64,000 nt of DNA from Klebsiella phage fENko-Kae01. This document shows positions 48,693 through 57,001 of this stretch, one piece after another. The notes below the pieces were generated by a model, which was not told the DNA's origin, ran no database searches, and saw nothing but the letters and a program-made list of their open reading frames with translations. The position numbers and the translations under genes are program-made. The stretch lies in the sequence record OR228459.1. One strand, given 5' to 3'. The first letter of the stretch is position 1, and each line of letters starts with the position of its first letter.

Positions 48693-48953
48693 ATGGCTGT
48701 AGGATTCGCGAAAGACGGGGCAGAACAAGACGAGATTTTAGCGGTCATAAACGCCGCTGTAAGCCACGCAAGGAATCAGATAGGGGATAGTACTATTACA
48801 AGTAGAACGCACTGCCTAGACTGTTCTAGGACTATTCCTGAGCGTAGACGGGAAGTAGTAAAGGGTGTTAAGTACTGCGTAGAGTGTCAGGCTGATCATG
48901 ATAGTATATTTAAAAGAGATCCGCGTAATTGTTGGCACAGATCTATGAGATAG
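48693..48953 (+). CDS. TraR/DksA-family C4 zinc-finger protein (86 aa)
   Basis: CLDCSRTIPERRREVVKGVKYCVECQ, i.e. CxxC-17-CxxC with the IPE.RR motif typical of TraR/DksA. Track ORF 48681 trimmed to ATG 48693, which follows a GGGGGA RBS. Confidence 0.6.
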   Translation: MAVGFAKDGAEQDEILAVINAAVSHARNQIGDSTITSRTHCLDCSRTIPERRREVVKGVKYCVECQADHDSIFKRDPRNCWHRSMR

Positions 48954-48957
48954 TACT

Positions 48958-49013
48958 TGACATACTTTCTGATTAAAGTATAATGATTTGCATAGAGGGA
49001 AACATCTTCCTTC
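48958..49013 (+). promoter_or_regulatory. promoter + leader hairpin type A (GAGGGAAacatcTTCCTTC)
   Basis: Leader family copy. Confidence 0.5.
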
Positions 49014-49034
49014 ACTAATTAAGGAAATAGAATC

Positions 49035-49307
49035 ATGCGTACACCAATGACCCGCGAAGAAATACACACAGTACTGACAACTAACATTCAGGACTGGAAG
49101 AAATACGCAGATATTAACGAAGCTCAAGACTTGAACAATGAGCTAGATGGTGAAGATCTGGACGTAATTTGTTCCCCTGAGTTTTATGATGATATTCATT
49201 CCGATGATGATGTTTGGAATGTACTGGAAAAGCATTTCCTCGATACTGATTTAAGTATCTACTCGCGTGATACTTTTATTTTAATTCACAACATTTATAA
49301 CAAATAA
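49035..49307 (+). CDS. hypothetical acidic small protein (90 aa)
   Basis: TAAGGAAA RBS. Confidence 0.55.
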   Translation: MRTPMTREEIHTVLTTNIQDWKKYADINEAQDLNNELDGEDLDVICSPEFYDDIHSDDDVWNVLEKHFLDTDLSIYSRDTFILIHNIYNK

Positions 49308-49310
49308 TTG

Positions 49311-49367
49311 TTGACTTACTTATATAGTACTGTATAATGGTTTGCATAGGGGGAAACATCTTCCCCC
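49311..49367 (+). promoter_or_regulatory. promoter (TTGACT-16-TATAAT) + leader hairpin type A
   Basis: Leader family copy. Confidence 0.6.
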
Positions 49368-49386
49368 ATCAATTAAGGAAAAGAAA

Positions 49387-49596
49387 ATGACTCGATACAC
49401 TGTAGAAGTACGTACTACTAAAAACATTGCTACTGATGTGATTCGTTATTATAAGATGGTTTGTGGTGTTGCTCGCCGTATTAGTAAAGCGGATTATGAC
49501 AAGCTGGATCGCGAAGCTGATGGTATGGATTGTTTTTATACAGTAAACACAAAAACGCATACAAAGCAATTTAAAACATTGTCTTATTACATGTAA
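49387..49596 (+). CDS. hypothetical small protein (69 aa)
   Basis: Track ORF 49342..49596 trimmed to ATG 49387, which follows a TAAGGAAAAG RBS. Confidence 0.55.
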   Translation: MTRYTVEVRTTKNIATDVIRYYKMVCGVARRISKADYDKLDREADGMDCFYTVNTKTHTKQFKTLSYYM

Positions 49597-49757
49597 AAAG
49601 TTTTACTCCAGTACTTGACAATAGATGCGAGTACTGGCATAATAACTTTATTGAAACGAAATACTATTAAGGAAATATCATGGCTAATCTCATTGTTCGA
49701 TTGTATGAAGATTGTTTCTACTTTTAGTATTGTGGGAAACCTATATCCGTTAAAGAG

Positions 49758-50069
49758 ATGATCGCATCGGGCTATATGTTATCTAAGCATGATCACACTG
49801 GATTCATGGCTGAAATGGTTGCGGCTAGTTATAAGTTTGGTGAAGAATGGGAAGCACAATATTTTCCGGCTGTCAATGCAATGATTAAGCGGTTGGCAGA
49901 ACACACTGAGTTTATGGAATTTTGGACTGTTTTAAAAATGGTTGACGTGAATCAGAATGGGGAAACGTGTCAGCCATACGCACATTTTGACGCTGGGGAA
50001 GATATTAGCACAATTTGGAAATGGTTGGAAGATAAATTTACAACAATTAAAATTGCAGATTACTTGTAA
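49758..50069 (+). CDS. hypothetical protein (103 aa); possible longer form interrupted by in-frame TAG
   Basis: ORF with an AAAGAG RBS. An in-frame ATG at 49680 with a perfect TAAGGAAA RBS is separated from it by a TAG at 49725-49727. Confidence 0.45.
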   Translation: MIASGYMLSKHDHTGFMAEMVAASYKFGEEWEAQYFPAVNAMIKRLAEHTEFMEFWTVLKMVDVNQNGETCQPYAHFDAGEDISTIWKWLEDKFTTIKIADYL

Positions 50070-50075
50070 AAGTAC

Positions 50076-50132
50076 TTGCATTACTATCTGAAAAGCGTAT
50101 AATGGTTTGCATAGGGGGAAACATCTTCCCCC
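50076..50132 (+). promoter_or_regulatory. promoter (TTGCAT-16-TATAAT) + leader hairpin type A
   Basis: Leader family copy. Confidence 0.6.
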
Positions 50133-50153
50133 ACTAACTAAGAGAAGAATATC

Positions 50154-50534
50154 ATGGCTAATCAAATCACTCCAGCACAGACCTTCAATAAATTCAGTAC
50201 TGAAATCGTATTGAAAGAGTATGTGCCAGATTATGGTTGGACTGATGCATGTGTATGCACTGATGTAGCAGATGCAAAGCAACGCATTAAAGATTATCGT
50301 GCGGAGGGTTTACAGGTTAAAACTGCCCGTCGCCGTGTACTTAACAAAGATGCTTTCTTATGTCAAGCTCTTTTAAACTTCTGCCGTGACTACTATCGCC
50401 GTACTGGTGGATTATGGCCTAATGAGGTTGAAGTACTGAAATCTAACGGTAAAGTAAAATTTACCTTGACTTTAAAAGAAATTGAGGAAGTACTTGGTGA
50501 TGATTGTTTTTTAGTAACTTCACAGCCAGCATAA
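50154..50534 (+). CDS. hypothetical protein (126 aa)
   Basis: AAGAGAAG RBS. Confidence 0.55.
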   Translation: MANQITPAQTFNKFSTEIVLKEYVPDYGWTDACVCTDVADAKQRIKDYRAEGLQVKTARRRVLNKDAFLCQALLNFCRDYYRRTGGLWPNEVEVLKSNGKVKFTLTLKEIEEVLGDDCFLVTSQPA

Positions 50535-50543
50535 AAAAGTACT

Positions 50544-50576
50544 TGACACATAACGGGGATATGATACAATATCCCC
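50544..50576 (+). promoter_or_regulatory. promoter with -10-centred palindrome (GGGGATATgatacaATATCCCC)
   Basis: TTGACA, then an inverted repeat enclosing the -10. Confidence 0.5.
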
Positions 50577-50603
50577 ATATTGAAAAGTAATGGAAGTACT
50601 GAA

Positions 50604-50795
50604 ATGAATTATCAAAAGGTTAGCAAGCGAGTAGTTGAACTCTCTAAGAAAGCACGTAAAGAGTATACCTTAGAACGTTCAATTAACAACTATCATTTAA
50701 AGCAAGGTGATAAGTTTATTGTTATTGACGAACCTTTGGAAATCGTGTATATTGTAGTTAATGCGATGATTCGTGATAAAACGAGGATTAAGTAA
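50604..50795 (+). CDS. hypothetical small protein (63 aa)
   Basis: Track ORF 50580 (TTG start) trimmed to ATG 50604. Confidence 0.45.
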   Translation: MNYQKVSKRVVELSKKARKEYTLERSINNYHLKQGDKFIVIDEPLEIVYIVVNAMIRDKTRIK

Positions 50796-51050
50796 ATGCG
50801 TACATTAGACCAACTTATTGACCCTAATACGTCAGCACGTCGATCAATGGTTACTATCGGCGGTAATGGTAAACAACACTGGAGTGGTTACATTTGCTTT
50901 ATTGTTGGTGGAAAAATGTATGAGCGGGTAGTATATCACAAAGAGATTAATTATATACTATTCCGTAAAGAAGTCATAGCAGTCGATCCTACCGCCCTAA
51001 AACCGATTGCAGGGGCATGGAACAAAGAATCGCTGTACCTTACAGCTTAA
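50796..51050 (+). CDS. hypothetical small protein (84 aa)
   Basis: Start coupled to the upstream stop (TAAATG). AGGAT RBS. Confidence 0.5.
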   Translation: MRTLDQLIDPNTSARRSMVTIGGNGKQHWSGYICFIVGGKMYERVVYHKEINYILFRKEVIAVDPTALKPIAGAWNKESLYLTA

Positions 51051-51099
51051 CCAATAAAAGGCCGCTACGTGCGGCCTATCGCGTTCTAGAGGGTATATT

Positions 51100-51288
51100 A
51101 TGAATACTGTACAAGTACTAGATGAGATTGAAAAAATTGTTGACAGTACTAACAAACGTGATATACTGTTATCAAGAAATAAGGCTAACCAGTACGAAAA
51201 GAATTGCGTACAATCTGCACTAGGGGGTAACTTTGAATCGCTACACTCAACCATACTTCAAGGGAATAACAACCGCCCACCAGCGTAA
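51100..51288 (+). CDS. hypothetical small protein (62 aa)
   Basis: AGAGGG RBS. Preceded by the terminator hairpin GGCCGCtacgtGCGGCC. Confidence 0.5.
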   Translation: MNTVQVLDEIEKIVDSTNKRDILLSRNKANQYEKNCVQSALGGNFESLHSTILQGNNNRPPA

Positions 51289-51485
51289 AAAGAAACTACA
51301 CATAGTACAGAAACGAAAGCGTAAAGTACTTAAACTTAAACCAACATATAGTTGGGGATTGTCGTGGGATGAAATCAATCACGGACTATCATGGAATCAA
51401 TTATATGTTATTGGCTCAAGTGTTGGACGCTTTCATTTTAGTACTATATCACGACAAGAAACACGTGTAAACCCATATAAAAGTA

Positions 51486-51700
51486 CTTGACATATATCCG
51501 GCTTAGTGAGATAATACTTACAAGCCGGAGAAACGGCGTGACCCATAGGGTGCGAAGAAGTAATCAGTACTTGAGAATGATAATCATTTACAACACTAGA
51601 CAGATTTATGCACCCGATGGGTTAGATTGTTTTCATGCATATATAATATCAAAGTACTGTTATAGTGTCAAGCATTTTTATTTGATAATTATTTTAAAAA
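51486..51700 (+). ncRNA. orphan promoter (TTGACA...GATAAT inside the CCGGCTT/AAGCCGG palindrome) + ORF-free structured transcript (candidate sRNA)
   Basis: No protein-like ORF downstream; the track ORF 51487..51732 is low-complexity. Contains an inverted pair of the ACCCATAGGGTGC element flanking GAGAATGATAATCATTTAC (Fur-box-like, 16/19). Confidence 0.3.
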
Positions 51701-51764
51701 AAGTCTTGCATTACTTTCTGAATAACGTATAATACTTACATCAACCACTGAGAGGAAAGAAACA

Positions 51765-52136
51765 ATGTCTATTAAGCGTATTGTATTTGGTCGCGGTGCA
51801 AGTGAAGAAGTAGTACCTGTTGAACTGATCGCGATGTTAAATGAAATGATTCGCCGTGGTGATATTAATTTTAGTCCTGATGTAATGCCTTATGCGATTT
51901 CGTATGAGGTGCGTAAAAGTCCTAAGTACTGGAAGATTGACCGTGTAGAATTGGACAAAGAAACCGGAGAGATTCGCGAGTTTGGGCGTAGTTCTGTTGG
52001 TGCTGTAGATTTTGAAGGGAACGTGTTTAAATCTGCCAGCTATAAAGCCGTTGCTAAGGGTATCCGTGGAAACATCTTTGTTAACAATGGTTTTAGTGCA
52101 ATTACTGGTGACGGATATATTCGTTATTTAAATTAA
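51765..52136 (+). CDS. hypothetical protein (123 aa)
   Basis: GAGAGGAAAG RBS. Promoter tcttgcat...cgtataat upstream. Confidence 0.55.
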   Translation: MSIKRIVFGRGASEEVVPVELIAMLNEMIRRGDINFSPDVMPYAISYEVRKSPKYWKIDRVELDKETGEIREFGRSSVGAVDFEGNVFKSASYKAVAKGIRGNIFVNNGFSAITGDGYIRYLN

Positions 52137-52143
52137 AAAGTAC

Positions 52144-52205
52144 TTGCAAAGTAATCTGATTAGCGTATAATGTTTTACATAGAGAGGGGAAATAGTTTCC
52201 CCTCC
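52144..52205 (+). promoter_or_regulatory. promoter (TTGCAA...TATAAT) + leader hairpin type B (GAGGGGaaatagttTCCCCTC)
   Basis: Leader family copy with a covarying stem. Confidence 0.6.
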
Positions 52206-52223
52206 ATATTAAGGAAAAGTATC

Positions 52224-52460
52224 ATGGCACAGAAAATCACTCGCGATAACGTAGAATTTTACATTGATATCCTGAATACTAAACTTGAAAAGATGGGTGC
52301 TCCACTACGTTACAAAATGATCCCTGTTGCTGGTGGTTATGAGTTGCAAAAGTACAAGGGTGATATTCAGGTTGATTATTGTGTATCTGGTCAAAAACTC
52401 CGTGAAGTTTATGAGATTGTACGTTTTGCAGCTAACATGATTTCGGATAACGTGAAGTAA
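52224..52460 (+). CDS. hypothetical small protein (78 aa)
   Basis: Track ORF 52170 trimmed to ATG 52224, which follows a TAAGGAAAAG RBS. Confidence 0.55.
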   Translation: MAQKITRDNVEFYIDILNTKLEKMGAPLRYKMIPVAGGYELQKYKGDIQVDYCVSGQKLREVYEIVRFAANMISDNVK

Positions 52461-52540
52461 TTATTATCAAAAAGTACTATTGACAGAAACATGATAGTAC
52501 TTTATAATACTTACATCAATTAAGCAAAGAGGAAAACAAA

Positions 52541-52846
52541 ATGCAAATGTCTAACCTGTATGTAGCTCACATCACTATGCGTCATGGTGAATATGAAACA
52601 CTGGTTAAACGTCTGATTATTGCTAAGAGTTTAGCAGAGGCAGAATTATACGCCTATGAAGAAGGGATGGCAACATTTGACGGTAGCGAATTAGAAGATA
52701 AATCCAGCTATCAAGAAGCGGATCAACCTCATACGTGGTATTTCTCAGGCGGGGATTGGTGCGTTACTCTTAATGCAGTTACATGGATTGAGGATCGCGA
52801 AACAGCTAAAGTAATTGCTAAATCTGATTTACTGTCTTATCTGTAA
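52541..52846 (+). CDS. hypothetical protein (101 aa)
   Basis: Promoter cassette plus AAGAGGAAAA RBS. Confidence 0.55.
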   Translation: MQMSNLYVAHITMRHGEYETLVKRLIIAKSLAEAELYAYEEGMATFDGSELEDKSSYQEADQPHTWYFSGGDWCVTLNAVTWIEDRETAKVIAKSDLLSYL

Positions 52847-52853
52847 AAGTACT

Positions 52854-52888
52854 TGACAACCTTTCGGGGGTAGGATATACTATCCCCA
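52854..52888 (+). promoter_or_regulatory. promoter with -10-centred palindrome (GGGGTAGGATATactATCCCC)
   Basis: TTGACA, then an inverted repeat enclosing the -10. Confidence 0.5.
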
Positions 52889-52913
52889 TCAATTAAGCAA
52901 AGAGAGAAACAAA

Positions 52914-53324
52914 ATGTTTAAAATTACTAGCGTAGAAAAAAGCGGCGATTCCATGATTGTAAGTGCTTTCTGGAATGATGCTTGTCAAGTATCTATTAGC
53001 TTTAATCAAATGGGCGTAGTACAATCCTGTACTTTCGCAGAGGATACCAAAGAGCGAGCACAATTAGAAGATCATGCACGTTCGGTAATTAAATTCAATA
53101 TTCCTATTGAAATGGAACCTAATATCATTTATACTGATGATCAGGTCGAGCAAATGAAACGTTGGTATGAATCTTTGATTAAAGCGGAAAAGGTCATTGC
53201 AGAAATGGATCAATGTATCGTTGAAGCTGATTGGTTATCTGATATGTTCGGGCAAACATCCGGTAGCATTATTGATGCCCTGTTTAATGTTCGTGCGGCG
53301 TTAGATCCTCGCATCAATCAATAA
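52914..53324 (+). CDS. hypothetical protein (136 aa)
   Basis: AAGAGAGAAA RBS. Confidence 0.55.
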   Translation: MFKITSVEKSGDSMIVSAFWNDACQVSISFNQMGVVQSCTFAEDTKERAQLEDHARSVIKFNIPIEMEPNIIYTDDQVEQMKRWYESLIKAEKVIAEMDQCIVEADWLSDMFGQTSGSIIDALFNVRAALDPRINQ

Positions 53325-53330
53325 AGAAAA

Positions 53331-53368
53331 AAGGGGTTGACTTCGGTCGCCCCTTTTGTTATTATATA
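53331..53368 (+). promoter_or_regulatory. terminator-promoter module (GGGGTTGACttcgGTCGCCCC)
   Basis: Same family as 13061. Followed by the conserved cattggcagataagctactaacccatagggtgc element. Confidence 0.55.
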
Positions 53369-53501
53369 GTCATTGGCAGATAAGCTACTAACCCATAGGG
53401 TGCAATAGTCTGTCTGTAGTATTTTAGTACTGAAAAATAGTTCTTGCTTTTATGTGCTGGTGGTGTATAATACTTGTATTGAAACAAACGAGGGTTCAAT
53501 T

Positions 53502-53663
53502 ATGGAACATGATTTTGATTCATCGGATTTTGAGTTGGCTAGTGATTATGCATGGCATCTTATGCAAAAAGAAGGTAAATCCGAAACTGATGCATTAATG
53601 CAGGCGGCTAACCAATATAATATTAATTACGTATCATTACAAGGATATTGGGATCAAGCATAA
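53502..53663 (+). CDS. hypothetical small protein (53 aa)
   Basis: Track ORF 53454 trimmed to ATG 53502, which follows a CGAGGG RBS. Promoter ttgctt...GCTGGTGG...tataat upstream. Confidence 0.45.
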   Translation: MEHDFDSSDFELASDYAWHLMQKEGKSETDALMQAANQYNINYVSLQGYWDQA

Positions 53664-53670
53664 AAAGTAC

Positions 53671-53727
53671 TTGCATTACATATTCAGTACTGTATAATGG
53701 TTTGCATAGGGAAAAACAACTTCCCCC
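53671..53727 (+). promoter_or_regulatory. promoter (TTGCAT-16-TATAAT) + leader hairpin type A
   Basis: Leader family copy. Confidence 0.6.
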
Positions 53728-53747
53728 ACTAATTAAGGAAATGAATT

Positions 53748-54212
53748 ATGAATAGCATCCAGTTCGTAGAAGCCATTGAAAAAGAATTCCTGTCAGTATT
53801 TCCTAACGGTTTCTTTATTGCCCGACCTTTACCGTTGGGCGGTGATGTAGGGATCACTATGGGACTGACTCGCGAACAGGCCGATTGTCCTCATAATATC
53901 CGTGATAATGATCGTATGCGTATGACCTTCGCGATCCACGGTATGAAGTTTGGGGATAGTGAAGATTATAACGACAAGTTAATTATGGAACCGTACTATT
54001 CAGCGATTAGCACGATTCCACGCAAGCCATACTACGCTATGGGACACGATAAGATCAAGACACGCAAAACCACTAACACGCCGGAAAAATTGATTGTAAC
54101 GCTTTCTAAGTACATTAAAACCGCAGGGCAGCAAGTAAAAGAGCTAGCAGAAGTAAACGAGATTTATCAGCAGGAACAGATTAAACCTCAGTACTTAGAA
54201 ATTAACGTGTAA
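53748..54212 (+). CDS. hypothetical protein (154 aa)
   Basis: TAAGGAAATG RBS. Confidence 0.6.
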   Translation: MNSIQFVEAIEKEFLSVFPNGFFIARPLPLGGDVGITMGLTREQADCPHNIRDNDRMRMTFAIHGMKFGDSEDYNDKLIMEPYYSAISTIPRKPYYAMGHDKIKTRKTTNTPEKLIVTLSKYIKTAGQQVKELAEVNEIYQQEQIKPQYLEINV

Positions 54213-54280
54213 TTATTATCAAAAGTACTTTACAAATACAGTAGAGTACTTTATAATACTTACATCAATTAAGCAAAGAG
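54209..54280 (+). repeat. ~70-bp promoter cassette repeat (copy 1 of >=3 near-identical)
   Basis: gtaattattatcaaaagtactttacaaatacagtagagtactttataatacttacatcaattaagcaaagag. Begins at the upstream stop codon. Near-identical copies at 54512 and 56392, and a diverged copy at 52449. Confidence 0.7.
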
Positions 54281-54289
54281 GGTTACAAA

Positions 54290-54514
54290 ATGGCGGCTAA
54301 AACTTTTGAACAGTTAAAATGGGTTGCTGGTCAAATCACTGATGATCTGATGTATTCCCGAATGAATGAAGCAGTACTAAAAACCGTTTTCAATCGCCGG
54401 ACTAAATCTACTGAAATGGCTACCTTATGCGGCCTTGTATGTGCTAGTGCAATGGAACGTAAAATTAATACAGAAGTAATTGAGCGTTATTTACGCAACG
54501 TACATACTGAGTAA
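54290..54514 (+). CDS. hypothetical small protein (74 aa)
   Basis: Cassette promoter plus RBS. Confidence 0.55.
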   Translation: MAAKTFEQLKWVAGQITDDLMYSRMNEAVLKTVFNRRTKSTEMATLCGLVCASAMERKINTEVIERYLRNVHTE

Positions 54515-54591
54515 TTATTATCAAAAGTACTTTACAAATATAGTAGAGTACTTTATAATACTTACATCAATTAAGCAACGGGATTTATACT

Positions 54592-54822
54592 ATGGATAAT
54601 CGTGAAATCATTGCTCAAGTACTGACACGTATTTTAATGTCAACTCGACTTTCACAGGTACGCAACATCACAGCCGCACATGAAAATACATGGCGTGAAG
54701 CCTTAAATGGTAGTAATGCAAGTCAGCTAGCGGCGGATAATAAGCTGAAAGAAGTTATCAAGTCTGCTATGGCAGAATTGAATGATGATGCAGTAAATTA
54801 TGTTTTAAATTCTTTCAAATAG
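54592..54822 (+). CDS. hypothetical small protein (76 aa)
   Basis: Cassette promoter (copy 2, 54512-54583). Confidence 0.55.
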   Translation: MDNREIIAQVLTRILMSTRLSQVRNITAAHENTWREALNGSNASQLAADNKLKEVIKSAMAELNDDAVNYVLNSFK

Positions 54823-54825
54823 TAA

Positions 54826-54892
54826 TTGCATTACTTCTGAAATAACGTATAATGGTTTGCATAGGGGGAAACAACTTCCCCCACTAATTAAG
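54826..54892 (+). promoter_or_regulatory. promoter (TTGCAT-16-TATAAT) + leader hairpin type A
   Basis: Leader family copy. Confidence 0.6.
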
Positions 54893-54902
54893 GAAATATA
54901 AT

Positions 54903-55211
54903 ATGATTGCTAACGTTCAAGCCAACTTTGAAAACCAATTCATCAATGAAATATTGCGACTGGATGATGGGGTCGCACGTATTAACTACGGTTTTAACTC
55001 CGGTGGTTATGAAAGTAACGTGTACTTTTATACTGCTGACGGTGGTACACTGGCAATCGATACGGTAATTGTTGAAATACAAAAAGTAAACTTCAATGAT
55101 GAAAATGATCCACAGTGGTATATCATCGGCTATGACGTGAACTATGAAGATCAAGATCTTTATGACTCACATACAGGCCAGCAAATCATTCCCGCTTATG
55201 GGGATGAATAA
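54903..55211 (+). CDS. hypothetical acidic protein (102 aa)
   Basis: TAAGGAAATA RBS. Confidence 0.55.
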   Translation: MIANVQANFENQFINEILRLDDGVARINYGFNSGGYESNVYFYTADGGTLAIDTVIVEIQKVNFNDENDPQWYIIGYDVNYEDQDLYDSHTGQQIIPAYGDE

Positions 55212-55213
55212 TA

Positions 55214-55246
55214 ACACAAAGGGGAGCTAACACTCCCCTGTTTATT
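55214..55246 (+). terminator. rho-independent terminator (GGGGAGctaacaCTCCCC + tgtttattt)
   Basis: Homologous to the 47526 module. Followed by the same ~60-nt conserved segment (gtacagtacta.atc.tatagatacaat.ccgcaccc.gtggg). Confidence 0.6.
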
Positions 55247-55426
55247 TGTACAGTACTAAATCATATAGATACAATTCCGCACCCTGTGGGTTAGATTGTT
55301 TTCATGACAATAATTATACTTAAAATCGGGTGACGTGTCAAGCATTTATTTTATTAAAAACGTACTTGCAATTTTTCAGTACTGTAGTATAATACTTGTA
55401 TTGAAACGAGATAAGGGAAACACAAA

Positions 55427-55966
55427 ATGATTACACAAATCTATCACGGCAGCACCCGTTTTGATACTGCTGGTGGATATAAAGGCGGCAAGCCTAACAG
55501 CTTTCAATATGGTGTAGGTCTGTATTGTACTAATGCTTACTTGTGGGCTGAGAAGTACGGTCGAAGTGTTTATGTATTAGATGTGGAACTCAAACCAGAA
55601 CACCACGCCGACAATGTAGAAATTACAATTGAAAACTTGCAATATTGGGTTAACTGCTATTGCTCGCAAAAAGTAGCAAAGATCTTTAAAAAGGAATTCA
55701 GCCAGCGTAAAACTATGACTGCAAATCGCTTTGAATTGTGGTTGTACTGGAATGTAAGACGCTTTAAACCAATCGCCGTACAATTAGCTGCTTTCTTTGC
55801 TGCACAAGGTGTAACCCATAATAGCGAGGTTGGCAATTATGGTGGTAAACTCATTCGTATCTATGACTTTGATATTATCAAAGGTTACACAAAGGATAAA
55901 GAAGTACTACAAAAGTTAAACTACAACAATACAGAATTACCTGATTATCTGAAAGAAAAAGTTTGA
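55427..55966 (+). CDS. hypothetical protein (179 aa)
   Basis: ORF downstream of promoter acttgcaat...tagtataat. Confidence 0.55.
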   Translation: MITQIYHGSTRFDTAGGYKGGKPNSFQYGVGLYCTNAYLWAEKYGRSVYVLDVELKPEHHADNVEITIENLQYWVNCYCSQKVAKIFKKEFSQRKTMTANRFELWLYWNVRRFKPIAVQLAAFFAAQGVTHNSEVGNYGGKLIRIYDFDIIKGYTKDKEVLQKLNYNNTELPDYLKEKV

Positions 55967-55997
55967 CAGTACTAAGGGAGTATTATATAATACTCCC
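55963..55997 (+). promoter_or_regulatory. promoter with -10-centred palindrome (GGGAGTATtatataATACTCCC)
   Basis: Third copy of the GGGAGTAT/ATACTCCC palindrome. Confidence 0.55.
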
Positions 55998-56023
55998 ATC
56001 TTAAGAAAACAAGGAATTACAAA

Positions 56024-56248
56024 ATGTCTTTATACTCACTGGAAGTTGAACATCATAACTTTAGTACTAAAATGATTGTAAGTACTGATGCAAAAGAGAG
56101 AGAAGATCAGTACAATGAAGTTATGACATGGGCTAAAGGTTTCTATCCTGCTGGGACTATTTTAAAGGCTAAGTGGGTATCACATGAAACTAAACTTGAT
56201 TTTCATTCAGCTATTGCTGGTGGTTATGAGGGGATTAAACTGTTATGA
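56024..56248 (+). CDS. hypothetical small protein (74 aa)
   Basis: AAGGAATTAC RBS. Confidence 0.55.
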   Translation: MSLYSLEVEHHNFSTKMIVSTDAKEREDQYNEVMTWAKGFYPAGTILKAKWVSHETKLDFHSAIAGGYEGIKLL

Positions 56249-56394
56249 AAAAAGAATTTATCTTGCGAGTACAAATGAAAGGCGGTGCACAACGTACTTT
56301 TCGTGAATGGGGTTGGTCTGCTGGTATGGCCTTTGAACAGCTTAAAAAAGATAATCCCGATGTTCAATACAAAATAGAATCAAAAGAGGCGTAA
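56245..56394 (+). CDS. small hypothetical protein (49 aa, not in ORF track)
   Basis: ATGA overlap with the upstream stop. Ends exactly at the start of promoter cassette copy 3. Confidence 0.45.
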   Translation: MKKEFILRVQMKGGAQRTFREWGWSAGMAFEQLKKDNPDVQYKIESKEA

Positions 56395-56471
56395 TTATTA
56401 TCAAAAGTACTTTACAAATATAGTAGAGTACTTTATAATACTTACATCAACTAAGCAAAGAGGATAGGAAA

Positions 56472-56609
56472 ATGAAAGAATCTCAATACGAAGCAGTACT
56501 GGCACAGACTGGTGAAGATCTGACTACTGAGCAGTACGCTAAAATTGAAGAGATGCTTTTAGCTGGTAAATCTGTTAAAGACACTGTGAAAGCAGTTCGT
56601 AAGATGTAA
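56472..56609 (+). CDS. small hypothetical protein (45 aa, not in ORF track)
   Basis: Cassette promoter (56392-56463) plus AAAGAGGATAGG RBS. Confidence 0.5.
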   Translation: MKESQYEAVLAQTGEDLTTEQYAKIEEMLLAGKSVKDTVKAVRKM

Positions 56610-56683
56610 AATAATTAGTCAGTACTCTTGACATTATCATAGAGTACTGCTATAATTACTTTACTTAATCAGGAGAACATACG

Positions 56684-57001
56684 ATGGCTTTACATTCAGC
56701 AATGCGAAAAACTGTTAATATCTATGCAGATAAAAACATTATGGATTGTACTCTTGGACATACTGATAATCAATATGCCATTATTGTAAAAAACCCGTTC
56801 ACTGGTGAAGATTGCATTTACAGTGGACAGTACTTAGAAAGTAATTTATTACCTGCCACAAAACGCAGTGAAATGAAAGGGTATATTACCCGGCACAGAG
56901 CAGAACGTGACATTGCAACAATCTTTTTACCCGGTCAAAATGCTCGCGTGGTAACGATGGAAGAAGCAGAGATTTTTCTTGGCAGCCGCTTTAAAGTGTA
57001 G
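56684..57001 (+). CDS. hypothetical protein (105 aa)
   Basis: CAGGAG RBS. Promoter cttgacat...tgctataat upstream. Confidence 0.55.
   Translation: MALHSAMRKTVNIYADKNIMDCTLGHTDNQYAIIVKNPFTGEDCIYSGQYLESNLLPATKRSEMKGYITRHRAERDIATIFLPGQNARVVTMEEAEIFLGSRFKV

Noticed and set aside
51233-51490. 85-aa K/R-rich ORF with TTG start
   Set aside because: It has no RBS and overlaps the end of 51100..51288 in another frame. The region ends in a consensus promoter and is probably mostly non-coding or carries a much smaller ORF.
51487-51732. 81-aa ORF MTYIRLSEIILTSRRNGV... in the track
   Set aside because: It is low-complexity and begins inside a promoter. It also spans the ACCCATAGGGTGC inverted pair and the Fur-box-like palindrome. 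More likely non-coding (see the ncRNA candidate).
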